Below, one piece after another: positions 35,737 through 45,145 of a stretch of 64,000 nt of DNA; the first letter of the stretch is position 1; every line of letters begins with the position of its first letter. The notes beneath the pieces are model-generated. The model was not told where the DNA came from. It worked only from the letters and a program-made list of their open reading frames with translations, and made no database searches. Source of the DNA: SAR202 cluster bacterium bin127 (lineage in GTDB: Bacteria > Chloroflexota > Dehalococcoidia > Lucifugimonadales > Lucifugimonadaceae); NCBI GenBank assembly GCA_002239045.1, contig MPNN01000010.1, positions 9,245 to 73,244 of the forward strand, given 5' to 3'. The position numbers and the translations under genes are program-made.

Positions 35737-36450
35737 TTAGAAATCAGGTTCCATGCTCACGCTGAGCCAACCAATGGGGCCGCGGTCGTCGGCGTACCAG
35801 AGCCGATTGTCTTTGATGGTCATCCCGTGGACTTGGAGAGGGTGCGGTACGCGGAAGACGTCGTAGCAGCGGCCGTCTTCGATGCGCTGTCGACAGACGA
35901 TGCCAAACGACGTGTCTGAAACCCACATGTGGCCTTCTTCCTCGGCGAACGCAATGCCGTGGACGCGGTAGCCCGGCGCCTTGAATCGATGCACTTCCTT
36001 CCAAGTCGATGCGTCTAGGACGTGGACGAACTGCGATGGCGGCGAAGCGATGTAGATATGGCCGTCTTTCCACTCGAGACCATGGTCGCCGGTAGGCTGC
36101 GCGGCGCGGCCCATCGATTCATCGAAATGCTCGCGAGTGGCGTTGATACCCGCGCCGGGTGACGGGAATTTATCGATGGTGGCACCAGTCTCGCGGTCAA
36201 CGACGAAAATGTCGCAGGAGTAGGTCGATGCGATCCAGACGTTTCCCTCATCGTCGAGAGTAATACCGCTGGAGTGCACGGTCTCGGTAGGAGCTTCGAA
36301 CAGCGTCTCGCCGGTCTGCCAGTCTAGTTTGTAGACGTTGTTGTTGCCTTGGTCGATGTACCAGAGTCCATCGTCGGCGGCCTGCAAACCATTGGGTTTG
36401 GGTCCGGGCGATACGAACATCGGTATGGGGTCGGCGACTTTGTATGCCAT
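35737..36450 (-). CDS. Beta-propeller repeat protein (family undetermined; SMP-30/Vgb-like appearance)
   Basis: Repeated strand patterns: DGLWYIDQG, GNVWIAS, DGHIYIAS, GHMWVSD, NRLWYADD. Confidence 0.55.
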   Translation of the reverse strand: MAYKVADPIPMFVSPGPKPNGLQAADDGLWYIDQGNNNVYKLDWQTGETLFEAPTETVHSSGITLDDEGNVWIASTYSCDIFVVDRETGATIDKFPSPGAGINATREHFDESMGRAAQPTGDHGLEWKDGHIYIASPPSQFVHVLDASTWKEVHRFKAPGYRVHGIAFAEEEGHMWVSDTSFGIVCRQRIEDGRCYDVFRVPHPLQVHGMTIKDNRLWYADDRGPIGWLSVSMEPDF

Positions 36451-36533
36451 TGCTTATCTCCTTGCTGTATGACTACCAGCATTATTCACGAACAACATTC
36501 CGTTGTTAGAGCCACTCAAGATCGTGTCAGCAA

Positions 36534-37748
36534 TCATAGGTTACTCTCTCGGATGCGTGTTCCAGGATCACACACGAATGAATCCAACAGGGTTTGACAA
36601 GCCCCGATACCTTCTGGCGGTAGGGCGAACCCATCTTTGATTTCCGGGATTTTGTCGACTACATCCATGTACCACGTGGAATTGAAGGCGCGTACCGTCT
36701 CCTGAATCAATGCGTTGGGTGCGTTCAGCGAAAGGTGCACCGAGTACATGAAGGTGACCGGACCTACGCAATCATGCGGTGCGATCGGCATGTGATACGC
36801 CTCGGCCATGGCGGCTATGCGCTTTGCTTCGGAGATGCCGCCGACCCAACAGATGTCGAACATGCAGATCGTCATCGCCTGCTTCTCAAACATCTCTCGG
36901 AACGCCCAGCGCGTTGTGACGGTTTCGGACGCGGTCACCGCGATATCGGTTGAGCGGCGGAACTGCACCAGCGTGTCGATGTTGTCCATTGGCACCGGGT
37001 CTTCGAACCAGAACGGAACATAAGGTTCGACGTTTTTGGCGATGCGAACTGCCGATGGCAGGTTGTAAATCGAGTGCATCTCCAGCATTACGTCGATTTT
37101 GTTGCCGACCTTTTCTCGGATGAGGCGGAATGGTTCGGTGCACATCTCGAGGTCTGGACCCGAGATGAATTGGCCGTTCGACTTTGGTGCAACCTGATCG
37201 AATGGCCAGATCTTCATGGCGGTGTAGCCTTCGGAGAGCAGATCGTCGGCGAGAGCGCCGGCGTCGGTGAGAAATGCTTGTTGGTCTTCGTATCGATACT
37301 CGGGGCGATGATCGAGGTCGCCCGTTTCCAACCTCCCTGCACGATTAACGCCATAGGAGTAACCGGCGCAGGTGTTGTAGACACGGATTGATGGACGGCT
37401 GAGGCCGCCCAAGGCCTCGTACAAGGGCACACCGGCGCGTTGGGCGTAGAGGTCCCACAGAGCCATATCAATCGCGGACAATCCGCTCATATCGGCCGCG
37501 CGTGCCATCACTTTGCCGCCGAAACCGTTCAGCTTGTTCCAGTGCCAATCGAGCTGGGTTGCGTCTTTACCAAGCAGATATCTGGCTCCCTCTTCGTGCA
37601 CCCATGCTTCAACCGTTTCGGGACCGAACGCCGTCTCGCCTATTCCGATTCGGCCATCATCGGTGAACACCCGCACCCAGCTAATGTGTGCAGCAGTTGG
37701 GTTTCGTAAAGTCTCGATGCGCGTTACGATTGGAGGTTTCTTGGACAT
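36534..37748 (-). CDS. Enolase-superfamily (mandelate racemase / D-galactonate dehydratase-like) protein
   Basis: WDLYAQRAGVPLYEALGG, MKIWPFD, FWFEDP and IAPHDC. Confidence 0.85.
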   Translation of the reverse strand: MSKKPPIVTRIETLRNPTAAHISWVRVFTDDGRIGIGETAFGPETVEAWVHEEGARYLLGKDATQLDWHWNKLNGFGGKVMARAADMSGLSAIDMALWDLYAQRAGVPLYEALGGLSRPSIRVYNTCAGYSYGVNRAGRLETGDLDHRPEYRYEDQQAFLTDAGALADDLLSEGYTAMKIWPFDQVAPKSNGQFISGPDLEMCTEPFRLIREKVGNKIDVMLEMHSIYNLPSAVRIAKNVEPYVPFWFEDPVPMDNIDTLVQFRRSTDIAVTASETVTTRWAFREMFEKQAMTICMFDICWVGGISEAKRIAAMAEAYHMPIAPHDCVGPVTFMYSVHLSLNAPNALIQETVRAFNSTWYMDVVDKIPEIKDGFALPPEGIGACQTLLDSFVCDPGTRIRESNL

Positions 37749-37879
37749 ATTGGGTGAATGCAGGGTGGTTGCAAGGCAACATTCAATTTACCACGCGTGA
37801 TTGTGATCACAACGTCCAGAGGTCGCCAGTTCCACTCCGGATTAGACAATAGGTTGACGGATAGATTGTAGACACCGCC

Positions 37880-38809
37880 ATGAACATCGTCCAAGTCGCC
37901 ACCCTCGCGTTCATGCAGGGTTTCACAGAACTGTTGCCGATCAGCAGCAGCGGATACATGATCATTGCGTCTTGGGTTCTTGGCTGGGATCCTCCGTCAG
38001 CAGCGTTCGATGCAACGGTTCATTTGGGGTCATTGCTCGCTCTTGCGCTCTTTTTCAGACGAGATTGGATGTTGATCCTGCGAACGTTCCAGCGTGGTCG
38101 AACCATCCCGCTAGGCGGTGATGATGATCTGATGTCGATGCAGACGCTAGAGAAACACCGGAGGATCGGCGACATGCGGCGGCGGTTGTCCATCCCAATG
38201 TCGATGCCGTCGAAGAACCTCTTGAAAGCCGTCGGACTGGGTTCGCTGCCCGCCATCGCCATAGGGGCTGCCACGTACCAGGCGATCACCTCCGACGCAT
38301 TTCGCTCTCCCGAAGTCGCGGCTGGCATGTTCATCGTGACGGGCGGTGCATTGCTACTCGGACATCACTTCACCAACTTGCGACTGACCGGCAAAGACCG
38401 CCGAACCCGATCGAAGGTCATCGACTACACCGACGCGTTAATCATTGGTTTCGCTCAGGCCGCGGCATTGATACCTGGCATATCGAGATCGGCAGCAACG
38501 ATTACCGCCGGATTGACGCGCGGCATGCCCCTAGTGGTAGCAGTCAGATTCTCTTTCCTGCTCTCCGTGCCCGTGATAGCCATCGCGTCCATCGCCTCAT
38601 TCATTCAAGTGCTAGCATCATCCTCCGAATCGCTACCCGAGTGGGATGAACTCGCCGTCGGGTTCGCCATTTCATTCGTCGCCTCATACATCGCCATCAA
38701 CCTATTCATGTGGCTAATACGCAGGATGGGAACGCTGACCCTCTGGCCCTTCGCCATGTTCACCGCGGCAACGGGGGCGATTGTGTTGGTAGTGGTGTAC
38801 GGGGGGTAG
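37880..38809 (+). CDS. uppP: Undecaprenyl-diphosphate phosphatase
   Basis: GFTELLPISSSGYM (BacA/UppP motif 1) and IPGISRSAATI (motif 2). Carries a roughly 40-aa basic insertion relative to typical UppP. Confidence 0.8.
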   Translation: MNIVQVATLAFMQGFTELLPISSSGYMIIASWVLGWDPPSAAFDATVHLGSLLALALFFRRDWMLILRTFQRGRTIPLGGDDDLMSMQTLEKHRRIGDMRRRLSIPMSMPSKNLLKAVGLGSLPAIAIGAATYQAITSDAFRSPEVAAGMFIVTGGALLLGHHFTNLRLTGKDRRTRSKVIDYTDALIIGFAQAAALIPGISRSAATITAGLTRGMPLVVAVRFSFLLSVPVIAIASIASFIQVLASSSESLPEWDELAVGFAISFVASYIAINLFMWLIRRMGTLTLWPFAMFTAATGAIVLVVVYGG

Positions 38810-38922
38810 GGTAGTCCATAGTCGGGTGTTGCCTACGTCCGTAGATCATTTGATCTTCAAAATGTACAATTTGATTTCACACGTTAAATCGTGATTCTTC
38901 ATAAACCAGCCAAAATCGAACC

Positions 38923-40902
38923 ATGACTCTGAAGTCCGATCCGACAACCTACGAAGCATTTCGAACAGAGTGGGTCTCCGAGATCGAAGATGCCCCCAAC
39001 ACAGTTGAGAAGGGCAGACAGTTCGCGATCAAACTGGCGGGTGATTGGCTTGACGTTGACCCTAACGAGGACGACTTCCATTACGTTGACGGAAGCGGTG
39101 ATGGCGGCATAGACATTGCCTATCTGCACAGAAGTCCGTCGGATAACACAGAATTATCACCTGAGATTGACAATGCTGAGAAAGAAGGGGACACCTGGTA
39201 CCTATTCCAATCGAAATATGGAACAGCCATTCAAGGGTCTGACGTAATCGTACGCGAAGCAAAGAAAGTGTTCGCCACTCTTTTCGGAGACCGCAAAGTT
39301 AGCAATGATGCGGCAGATGTCGTCGAGCGGTTGCAAAACTTCATGCGCCAACGATCAGACGGAAGAGACCGTTTGGTTTTGGTGATCGCGTCTGTTGATC
39401 CATTAGATGAAAAACAGAGCGCGCAACTTGACGAAGTTCGTCAACATGGGCGCGATTTGATGTCGAAACGTGGGCCGACCTTTGACGTGGAATCAGCGAC
39501 GGTTCATCGAATTTTCGAGATATCCAACGAACGTGATCAAGCTCAAAACCGTATCGTTTTAGAGTTGCCAGGTCAGTTCTCAGAGCTTGCGCCAGATGCT
39601 CAAGTTGGAACTGTGTCGTTGTTCGACCTCTACGAATTCCTCAAAGCATATCGAACCAAATCAGGCGAGCTTGATCGTCTGTACGAAAAAAACGTACGAC
39701 GTTGGCTCGGCATGACCAAGTCACAAAAGGTCAATTGGGGCATCACTAAGACGTTGAACGAAAATCCAAATCGTTTCGGACTTTACAACAATGGCATTAC
39801 GTTTGTTGCCGACGCGTTCAAGCAGACCGGCTCCAGCAATGTGTGGACCATATCCAACCCTTACGTCGTTAACGGTTGCCAGACGACGCGGACATTGTTC
39901 GGCGTTGCTGACCCACGACTCGACGGCGGTACGGGGGACGATGATGAGCGCGATGCGTGGAAATTACAACTGCAAGACAGCTCTCTGGTAGTCAAAGTCG
40001 TGACGATTGACGATCCCAAAGAGCTACTAAACATAACTCGTTTCACAAACTCTCAGTCTGCAGTCCGCGATCGCGATTTAGTTTCACTTGACAAGCATTA
40101 CAACCGGTGGCAAGTCGAGATGAGTTATCGTCATGTCCGCTATCTCGAGATCCAGCGAGGAGGGTGGAATTCTCGTAAAGGATTCGAGAAACAACATCCG
40201 GACGCTTCGCCGCGGTTCACAGCAGTCTCAGGTGCTCGTGAAATCAAAGCCAACGACATGCTGAAACTGTTCGGTGCCGCTTGGTTGGGTTATGCTGGTT
40301 CAGCCGCCCGGCGGAGTGAGGATTTTATCCCGAGTCCTATGGGCGAAGACGCACCGGGTAACGCGGGTAGAGTTTTCAGGAAGATCGTGGCCCTTGAAGA
40401 TTTTAGTGCAGATGATCTGCTTGCTGCAGATCATCTTTTCGCGTGGGGCAAGCAGGAGAGATTCGGCGGACGAGGTGTGGGAATCAGCCGTTCATACACT
40501 CGATATCTCTTCTATTACACATATGTCCAGTTGCTTCGGACCATCCTTGCAACCAATAGTTCACCTGAAACAGTCCCTACACACGTCATAACTCAGGCTA
40601 CTCTGAGGCTCGCAAAATCGGATGGGTTCTCGGATCTTTGTCGCACCGCATGCCAAGTCATTGATGGATACGTCAACGACGATCCCAATGCTCCGATTTT
40701 CAACGACCCCGGGTACTTAGAGGCTGGGACGGTTGAGGTATTCTTCAAGTCCGAGCGGTTGGACTCAACGAATATACAGACAAAAGCGCCCAATTACATC
40801 AACGCATTGGGGCAAACAACAGCAGGCATGGCCATCTCTTTCGGCGGCCAACCCACAATAATGGACGGTTATCGCGAAGCCCTCACCGACCTGCTAGTTT
40901 GA
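38923..40902 (+). CDS. AIPR-family (abortive infection phage resistance-type) protein
   Basis: N-terminal DGSGDGGIDIAYL...WYLFQSKYG; central LYNNGITFVA and VVNGCQTTRTL, typical of AIPR. AT-rich upstream region. Confidence 0.75.
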   Translation: MTLKSDPTTYEAFRTEWVSEIEDAPNTVEKGRQFAIKLAGDWLDVDPNEDDFHYVDGSGDGGIDIAYLHRSPSDNTELSPEIDNAEKEGDTWYLFQSKYGTAIQGSDVIVREAKKVFATLFGDRKVSNDAADVVERLQNFMRQRSDGRDRLVLVIASVDPLDEKQSAQLDEVRQHGRDLMSKRGPTFDVESATVHRIFEISNERDQAQNRIVLELPGQFSELAPDAQVGTVSLFDLYEFLKAYRTKSGELDRLYEKNVRRWLGMTKSQKVNWGITKTLNENPNRFGLYNNGITFVADAFKQTGSSNVWTISNPYVVNGCQTTRTLFGVADPRLDGGTGDDDERDAWKLQLQDSSLVVKVVTIDDPKELLNITRFTNSQSAVRDRDLVSLDKHYNRWQVEMSYRHVRYLEIQRGGWNSRKGFEKQHPDASPRFTAVSGAREIKANDMLKLFGAAWLGYAGSAARRSEDFIPSPMGEDAPGNAGRVFRKIVALEDFSADDLLAADHLFAWGKQERFGGRGVGISRSYTRYLFYYTYVQLLRTILATNSSPETVPTHVITQATLRLAKSDGFSDLCRTACQVIDGYVNDDPNAPIFNDPGYLEAGTVEVFFKSERLDSTNIQTKAPNYINALGQTTAGMAISFGGQPTIMDGYREALTDLLV

Positions 40903-40933
40903 ATCTTTGCGATTGACCGTCCGTCGCAACGTG

Positions 40934-42007
40934 TCATCCCTCCGGCAACACCGCCATCGGCAGCACCTCTCTCGAAGCCTCCAACTTGGGTTCGAGTGAT
41001 TGCATGCGGTCGCGGCGTTTGAGCGAACTCGCAACCTCGGGGTTCTGACCAGCTGACGGCCAGTTGCCGCGTAGAACCGCTGCGACCTGCTGCGAGGCGC
41101 GTTGTCGGGCGAGCCATGCGGACCGTGTCGATTGACCAGCGGAGTGCGGGGCAACGATGACGTTGTCCATCTTCAAGAGCGGGTTGTCGGGATCAACGGG
41201 TTCCTGTTCGAATACGTCGAGACCGGCGCCGCGCATCTTGCCTTCTCGGAGCGCTTGAATTAGGTCGACTTCACGGACGACTCCGCCGCGGCATACATTG
41301 ACGAAGTAAGCGGTTGGCTTCATGCAGTCGAAGTGTTCTTTGCGCATCAGGTGATGCGTCTCTTTGTTGAGCGGGATTTGGACGGAGATGTAGTCCGAGC
41401 GCTCGAAGAGTTCGTGAAGCGAGAAGACCTGTTCCACGGCGTATTCCTGCGCGATCCAGGGCGGGCAGTAGGGGTCGTAGGCAATGACCTTCATGCGCCA
41501 TCCGTTGAACATCTTGCGTGCCACTTGACGACCAATGTTGCCAAGACCGACCAGTCCAAGAACCTGCTGGTCAATCGGCTCGATCGGAGGTCCCTCGGTC
41601 CGTCCCCATTTACCGGCTTTCGTTCGTTCGTTGTATTGAATGAGTTGCCTATTGAGGCACAGGATCATGGTGACGGCTTGGTTAGAGACCTCCTCCATGC
41701 ACATGCCGGCACCGTTTGTGATGATGATGCCCATCTCGTTGCAGACATCGGTATCGATCTGGTTGAAGCCGTGTGAGTAGACGGCGAGGACTTGTGCTTT
41801 TTCGGCGGCGCGTAGGACCTGCTCGCCTTGGTAGGGCGTCGAGCGCATCATCAGCGCGTCAGCATCTCGGACGAGTTCCATCGCCTCGCCTTCGGACTGC
41901 GGGTTGCCGCGCACGAATTCGACGTCTAGGTCGGCCATCTCAGCGCGCTCATAGTCAAGGGGATCGTTCTCGTCGATTCCCAGGATGAGGACTTTGTGTT
42001 CTGCCAT
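40934..42007 (-). CDS. D-isomer-specific 2-hydroxyacid dehydrogenase family protein
   Basis: GLVGLGNIGRQVA NAD-binding motif, NVCRGGVV, GAGLDVFEQEP and APHSAG. Confidence 0.85.
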   Translation of the reverse strand: MAEHKVLILGIDENDPLDYERAEMADLDVEFVRGNPQSEGEAMELVRDADALMMRSTPYQGEQVLRAAEKAQVLAVYSHGFNQIDTDVCNEMGIIITNGAGMCMEEVSNQAVTMILCLNRQLIQYNERTKAGKWGRTEGPPIEPIDQQVLGLVGLGNIGRQVARKMFNGWRMKVIAYDPYCPPWIAQEYAVEQVFSLHELFERSDYISVQIPLNKETHHLMRKEHFDCMKPTAYFVNVCRGGVVREVDLIQALREGKMRGAGLDVFEQEPVDPDNPLLKMDNVIVAPHSAGQSTRSAWLARQRASQQVAAVLRGNWPSAGQNPEVASSLKRRDRMQSLEPKLEASREVLPMAVLPEG

Positions 42008-42382
42008 CGTTTGTCTGTTCCTTTCAGACGTGGTTGTAGCGGATCAAAGAATCATATCCGATACAAAGGCTACTACGCAGACTCTAGCTAGAGTCGAAAC
42101 GCCAGAAAATTCAGTCTTCATCACCTTAACGGTGTGCTGCAACTTTTCAAGGCAAAGGATCGTCCTACTCAAAACCGAGCCCCAAACCTTTCACCATTGG
42201 AATTACGCAATTTCTGGCTGGCACAATGTCTCGATTTGGCGTCGCAGACGATTGACGGAATTGGGTGTTGCGTCGAACAAACTGTGGTGCATGCGTGTCC
42301 AGATCCTCCAGATGCTTAGCCATTTTCGATGGGAGGGTAACTCGTTGAATCAGGGTACGTTTGATGAATCGAATTCCGTTCG

Positions 42383-42907
42383 TCAATCACTTACTCGGCT
42401 TCGTGTCACTTGCCAGTTGACGCCCGCACGGCTCACGGCAGTGGCCGTTCGTTCAACGTCCCTGACCAAGTTACGAATCTTATCTGTGCCGAACTGGACA
42501 TGGATGAAATCCATCACCGGTCCTATCTCAGTCAGACCAAGATTAACTTCGCCTACTACCTCATCCATCCGATTGAGGAATGGTTCGCCCAGGATCGTCT
42601 CATCAGAATAACCTGCTAGTTGTCGTCTGCTCGTTTCTATCAGCTGGTCCATTAATGCTGTCATGGATGCTAATTCGAGCTGAGCACTGAAATTCACAGG
42701 TAGCGCATCCAACAGTTCATTGATGGCATCGAAATTCCGCTCCAGCGCGTTGATGTAGCTGCGCGCGCTACTCCTCAAATCCGAGGCCAATTCTTCATCG
42801 ATGTTGTCGCCGCATGCAACGCTACTCGCAAAAATCGCGCTCAGCATCGTAAAGAGGACAAGGAACCTTATCAGAGGACGGAGGGCATTACGCGCAATGG
42901 GAAGCAC
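42383..42907 (-). CDS. Hypothetical helical lipoprotein
   Basis: Signal peptide with lipobox SVAC. No family recognised. Confidence 0.5.
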   Translation of the reverse strand: MLPIARNALRPLIRFLVLFTMLSAIFASSVACGDNIDEELASDLRSSARSYINALERNFDAINELLDALPVNFSAQLELASMTALMDQLIETSRRQLAGYSDETILGEPFLNRMDEVVGEVNLGLTEIGPVMDFIHVQFGTDKIRNLVRDVERTATAVSRAGVNWQVTRSRVSD

Positions 42908-42967
42908 AGGTCTTGAACTCTTGCGATCTTGGGATTTCGTAATGCGCGATTTCGTTGATGACGGAAA

Positions 42968-44029
42968 TCAGCGATTCGCCATCATCACTTCCCATGAGAT
43001 GGGATCCTGACGCGGTGGCGAGTTGTGCTTGACATCCGGGTTGATCAGCGACATCGGCCAGTAGCCATCGGCGATTCGGACGGCTTCTTCGCCAAGCTGG
43101 GTGTTGGCGCGTTCCCATGCAACCTCGCTGTAGGAAGCGTAGTGGTTGGTGACAGCGACGTTGTCCATCTTGAGTAGCGGGTTGTTTGGGTCGACGGGTT
43201 CCTGTTCGAAAACGTCGAGGCCAGCGCCAGCGATCTCGCCGTTTTGAAGCGCTCGGATTAGCGCGGGTTCATCAACGACCGGACCTCTTGAACAGTTGAT
43301 GAAGTATGCGGTTGGCTTCATCGCCGAGAAGAACTCGTCGCTAAACATGTGATAGGTGCCTTCGGAGAGGAAGACGTGCGGCGATACGTAGTCGGAACGT
43401 TCGGCTACCTCATTGAGCGTCGGCACGATCTCGACACCGTACTCCTTAGCGTCCCACGAGGAACGGTAGGGGTCAAATGCGATCACGTTTAGACCGAATG
43501 CTTGCGCTTTGCGCGCAACGGCGCGACCGATGTTGCCGAGCCCGACGATTCCGAAAGTTTCGCCAGAGATGTGACCCATCGGAGGCAAGTATTGGCGCGT
43601 CCATTCACCAGCTTTCACGAGCTTGTCGTGGAGGACGAACTTGCGGGAGCAGACGAGGAAGTGCATCATCGTCTGGTTGCTGACTTCTTCGGTGCCGAAC
43701 GACGCGGTGTTCGAGAGGACGACGCCGTTCACCGACGCGGTCTCAAGGTCCATACCGTCGTAGCCGTGCCCGAACGATACGAGGCCTTTGCAGCGACCGT
43801 TGTTGCCCATATGGACGAAGAGTGCAGGGTCCCAACCGTGACCTTGGTTGATGACGGTATCAGCATCTTTTAACGCTTCGATCAGCTCACCTTCACTACT
43901 TCCAGAATAGTGCTCGAATTCTGCACCGTATGCGTGGGCGGCTCTCGACTGTTGCTCGGTAGAACTGGCATCGTGGGTGTCACCGCCTTGGGGGCCCAGA
44001 TACAGAATCTTCAAGGTTTCTTCAGCCAT
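42968..44029 (-). CDS. D-isomer-specific 2-hydroxyacid dehydrogenase family protein (paralog)
   Basis: GIVGLGNIGRAVA, NCSRGPVV, GAGLDVFEQEP and TNHYAS. Confidence 0.85.
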   Translation of the reverse strand: MAEETLKILYLGPQGGDTHDASSTEQQSRAAHAYGAEFEHYSGSSEGELIEALKDADTVINQGHGWDPALFVHMGNNGRCKGLVSFGHGYDGMDLETASVNGVVLSNTASFGTEEVSNQTMMHFLVCSRKFVLHDKLVKAGEWTRQYLPPMGHISGETFGIVGLGNIGRAVARKAQAFGLNVIAFDPYRSSWDAKEYGVEIVPTLNEVAERSDYVSPHVFLSEGTYHMFSDEFFSAMKPTAYFINCSRGPVVDEPALIRALQNGEIAGAGLDVFEQEPVDPNNPLLKMDNVAVTNHYASYSEVAWERANTQLGEEAVRIADGYWPMSLINPDVKHNSPPRQDPISWEVMMANR

Positions 44030-44070
44030 TCAATTTCTCCTCAGTTTTGTCGTGATTGGAAGTGTAACGC

Positions 44071-45033
44071 TCATTCTTCAGTGACGACGCTCTCGGGAGC
44101 CTCGCCGCGCCAGACTCGTTGCATGTTTGAAAACGCGAAGTCGACTCGGCGCGGGTACGACTCCCAGCTTTTACCTGCGACGTGCGGTGCCACGACGACG
44201 TTGTCCATCGAAAGCAGCGGGTTATCGGCCTCCACAGGTTCAATCTCGAAGACATCGAGTCCGGCTCCCCAAATCTCGTTATTGCGTAGAGCTTCAATTA
44301 ATGCGGCCTCATCGACGACTGGACCGCGGCAGGTGTTTACAAGCAATGCGCTTTTCTTCATCAGACCCAGCTCTCGGGCACCGATCAGTTTGCGAGATGA
44401 GGCATTGAGGCTGGTGTGGAGCGAGACGATATCCGACTCGCTTAACAGTTCATCAAGATCGACGCGTTTGGCGCCATAACTCTCGGCTTTCTCGGATCGC
44501 ACAACGTCGGTATAGAGAGTGGTCGTTTCGAACCCGCGCAACATACCAGCCAACGTCGAACCGATACGACCCGCACCCACGATGCCGACGGTCTTGCCGA
44601 AGAGTTCGTAGGAATCGTAACCATCAATCTCGGGTCTCATCCACGCATCGTCGCGGGTGTCGTTGTGGGCGATAGGGAGGTGCCGGTGGCACGCCAGAAT
44701 GAGCGTCATCGCGAATTCGGCGACTGGCAGTGCGTTAGCGCCGCCATTATTGGCTACGGGAATCCCTAACTCGCCGGCGACACGGAGATTAACACCGTCG
44801 TAACCGGCAGAGCAGAGTTGAACTAGTTTGAGCTTGTTGCCGGCGCGCAGAATCTCTTCGTCAACGCCGTGACCGAATGCGAGCACAAAGTCGGCTACTG
44901 ACGCGAGACGGTCAACGTGATCCGCCTCGGTTTCAGAAGTGCAGACGCTTAGTTCATAGCCCACAGGTTTCATCTCTTCGGCCATTTTCAACAGTGGTAG
45001 GGCAGGGCCTGACAACACCAACACATTAGGCAT
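44071..45033 (-). CDS. D-isomer-specific 2-hydroxyacid dehydrogenase family protein (glyoxylate/hydroxypyruvate reductase-like)
   Basis: GIVGAGRIGSTLA, NTCRGPVV, GAGLDVFEIEP and APHVAG. Confidence 0.85.
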   Translation of the reverse strand: MPNVLVLSGPALPLLKMAEEMKPVGYELSVCTSETEADHVDRLASVADFVLAFGHGVDEEILRAGNKLKLVQLCSAGYDGVNLRVAGELGIPVANNGGANALPVAEFAMTLILACHRHLPIAHNDTRDDAWMRPEIDGYDSYELFGKTVGIVGAGRIGSTLAGMLRGFETTTLYTDVVRSEKAESYGAKRVDLDELLSESDIVSLHTSLNASSRKLIGARELGLMKKSALLVNTCRGPVVDEAALIEALRNNEIWGAGLDVFEIEPVEADNPLLSMDNVVVAPHVAGKSWESYPRRVDFAFSNMQRVWRGEAPESVVTEE

Positions 45034-45145
45034 ATCGATTTTCCTAGATTCAGGACGTCAACCAGGATCGGTTATCCGACGTTTCGAAAGGGATTCTACA
45101 TTCGCTTCGAGCTTAGGATGCGGATCAGAAACATCGGGAATTCCA

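Noticed and set aside
37801-37812. 12-bp palindrome TTGTGATCACAA in the divergent enolase/uppP intergenic region, considered as a CRP/FNR-like operator.
   Set aside because: Perfect 6+6 palindromes are expected many times by chance in 64 kb. The spacing does not match the TGTGA-N6-TCACA CRP consensus.
42165-42386. 73-aa ORF (minus strand) whose TTG start overlaps the stop of the lipoprotein gene (TTGA overlap), filling part of the 375-bp gap.
   Set aside because: It has no RBS, a non-ATG start, a basic low-information sequence and no recognisable domain. It is left unannotated, and the gap remains unexplained.
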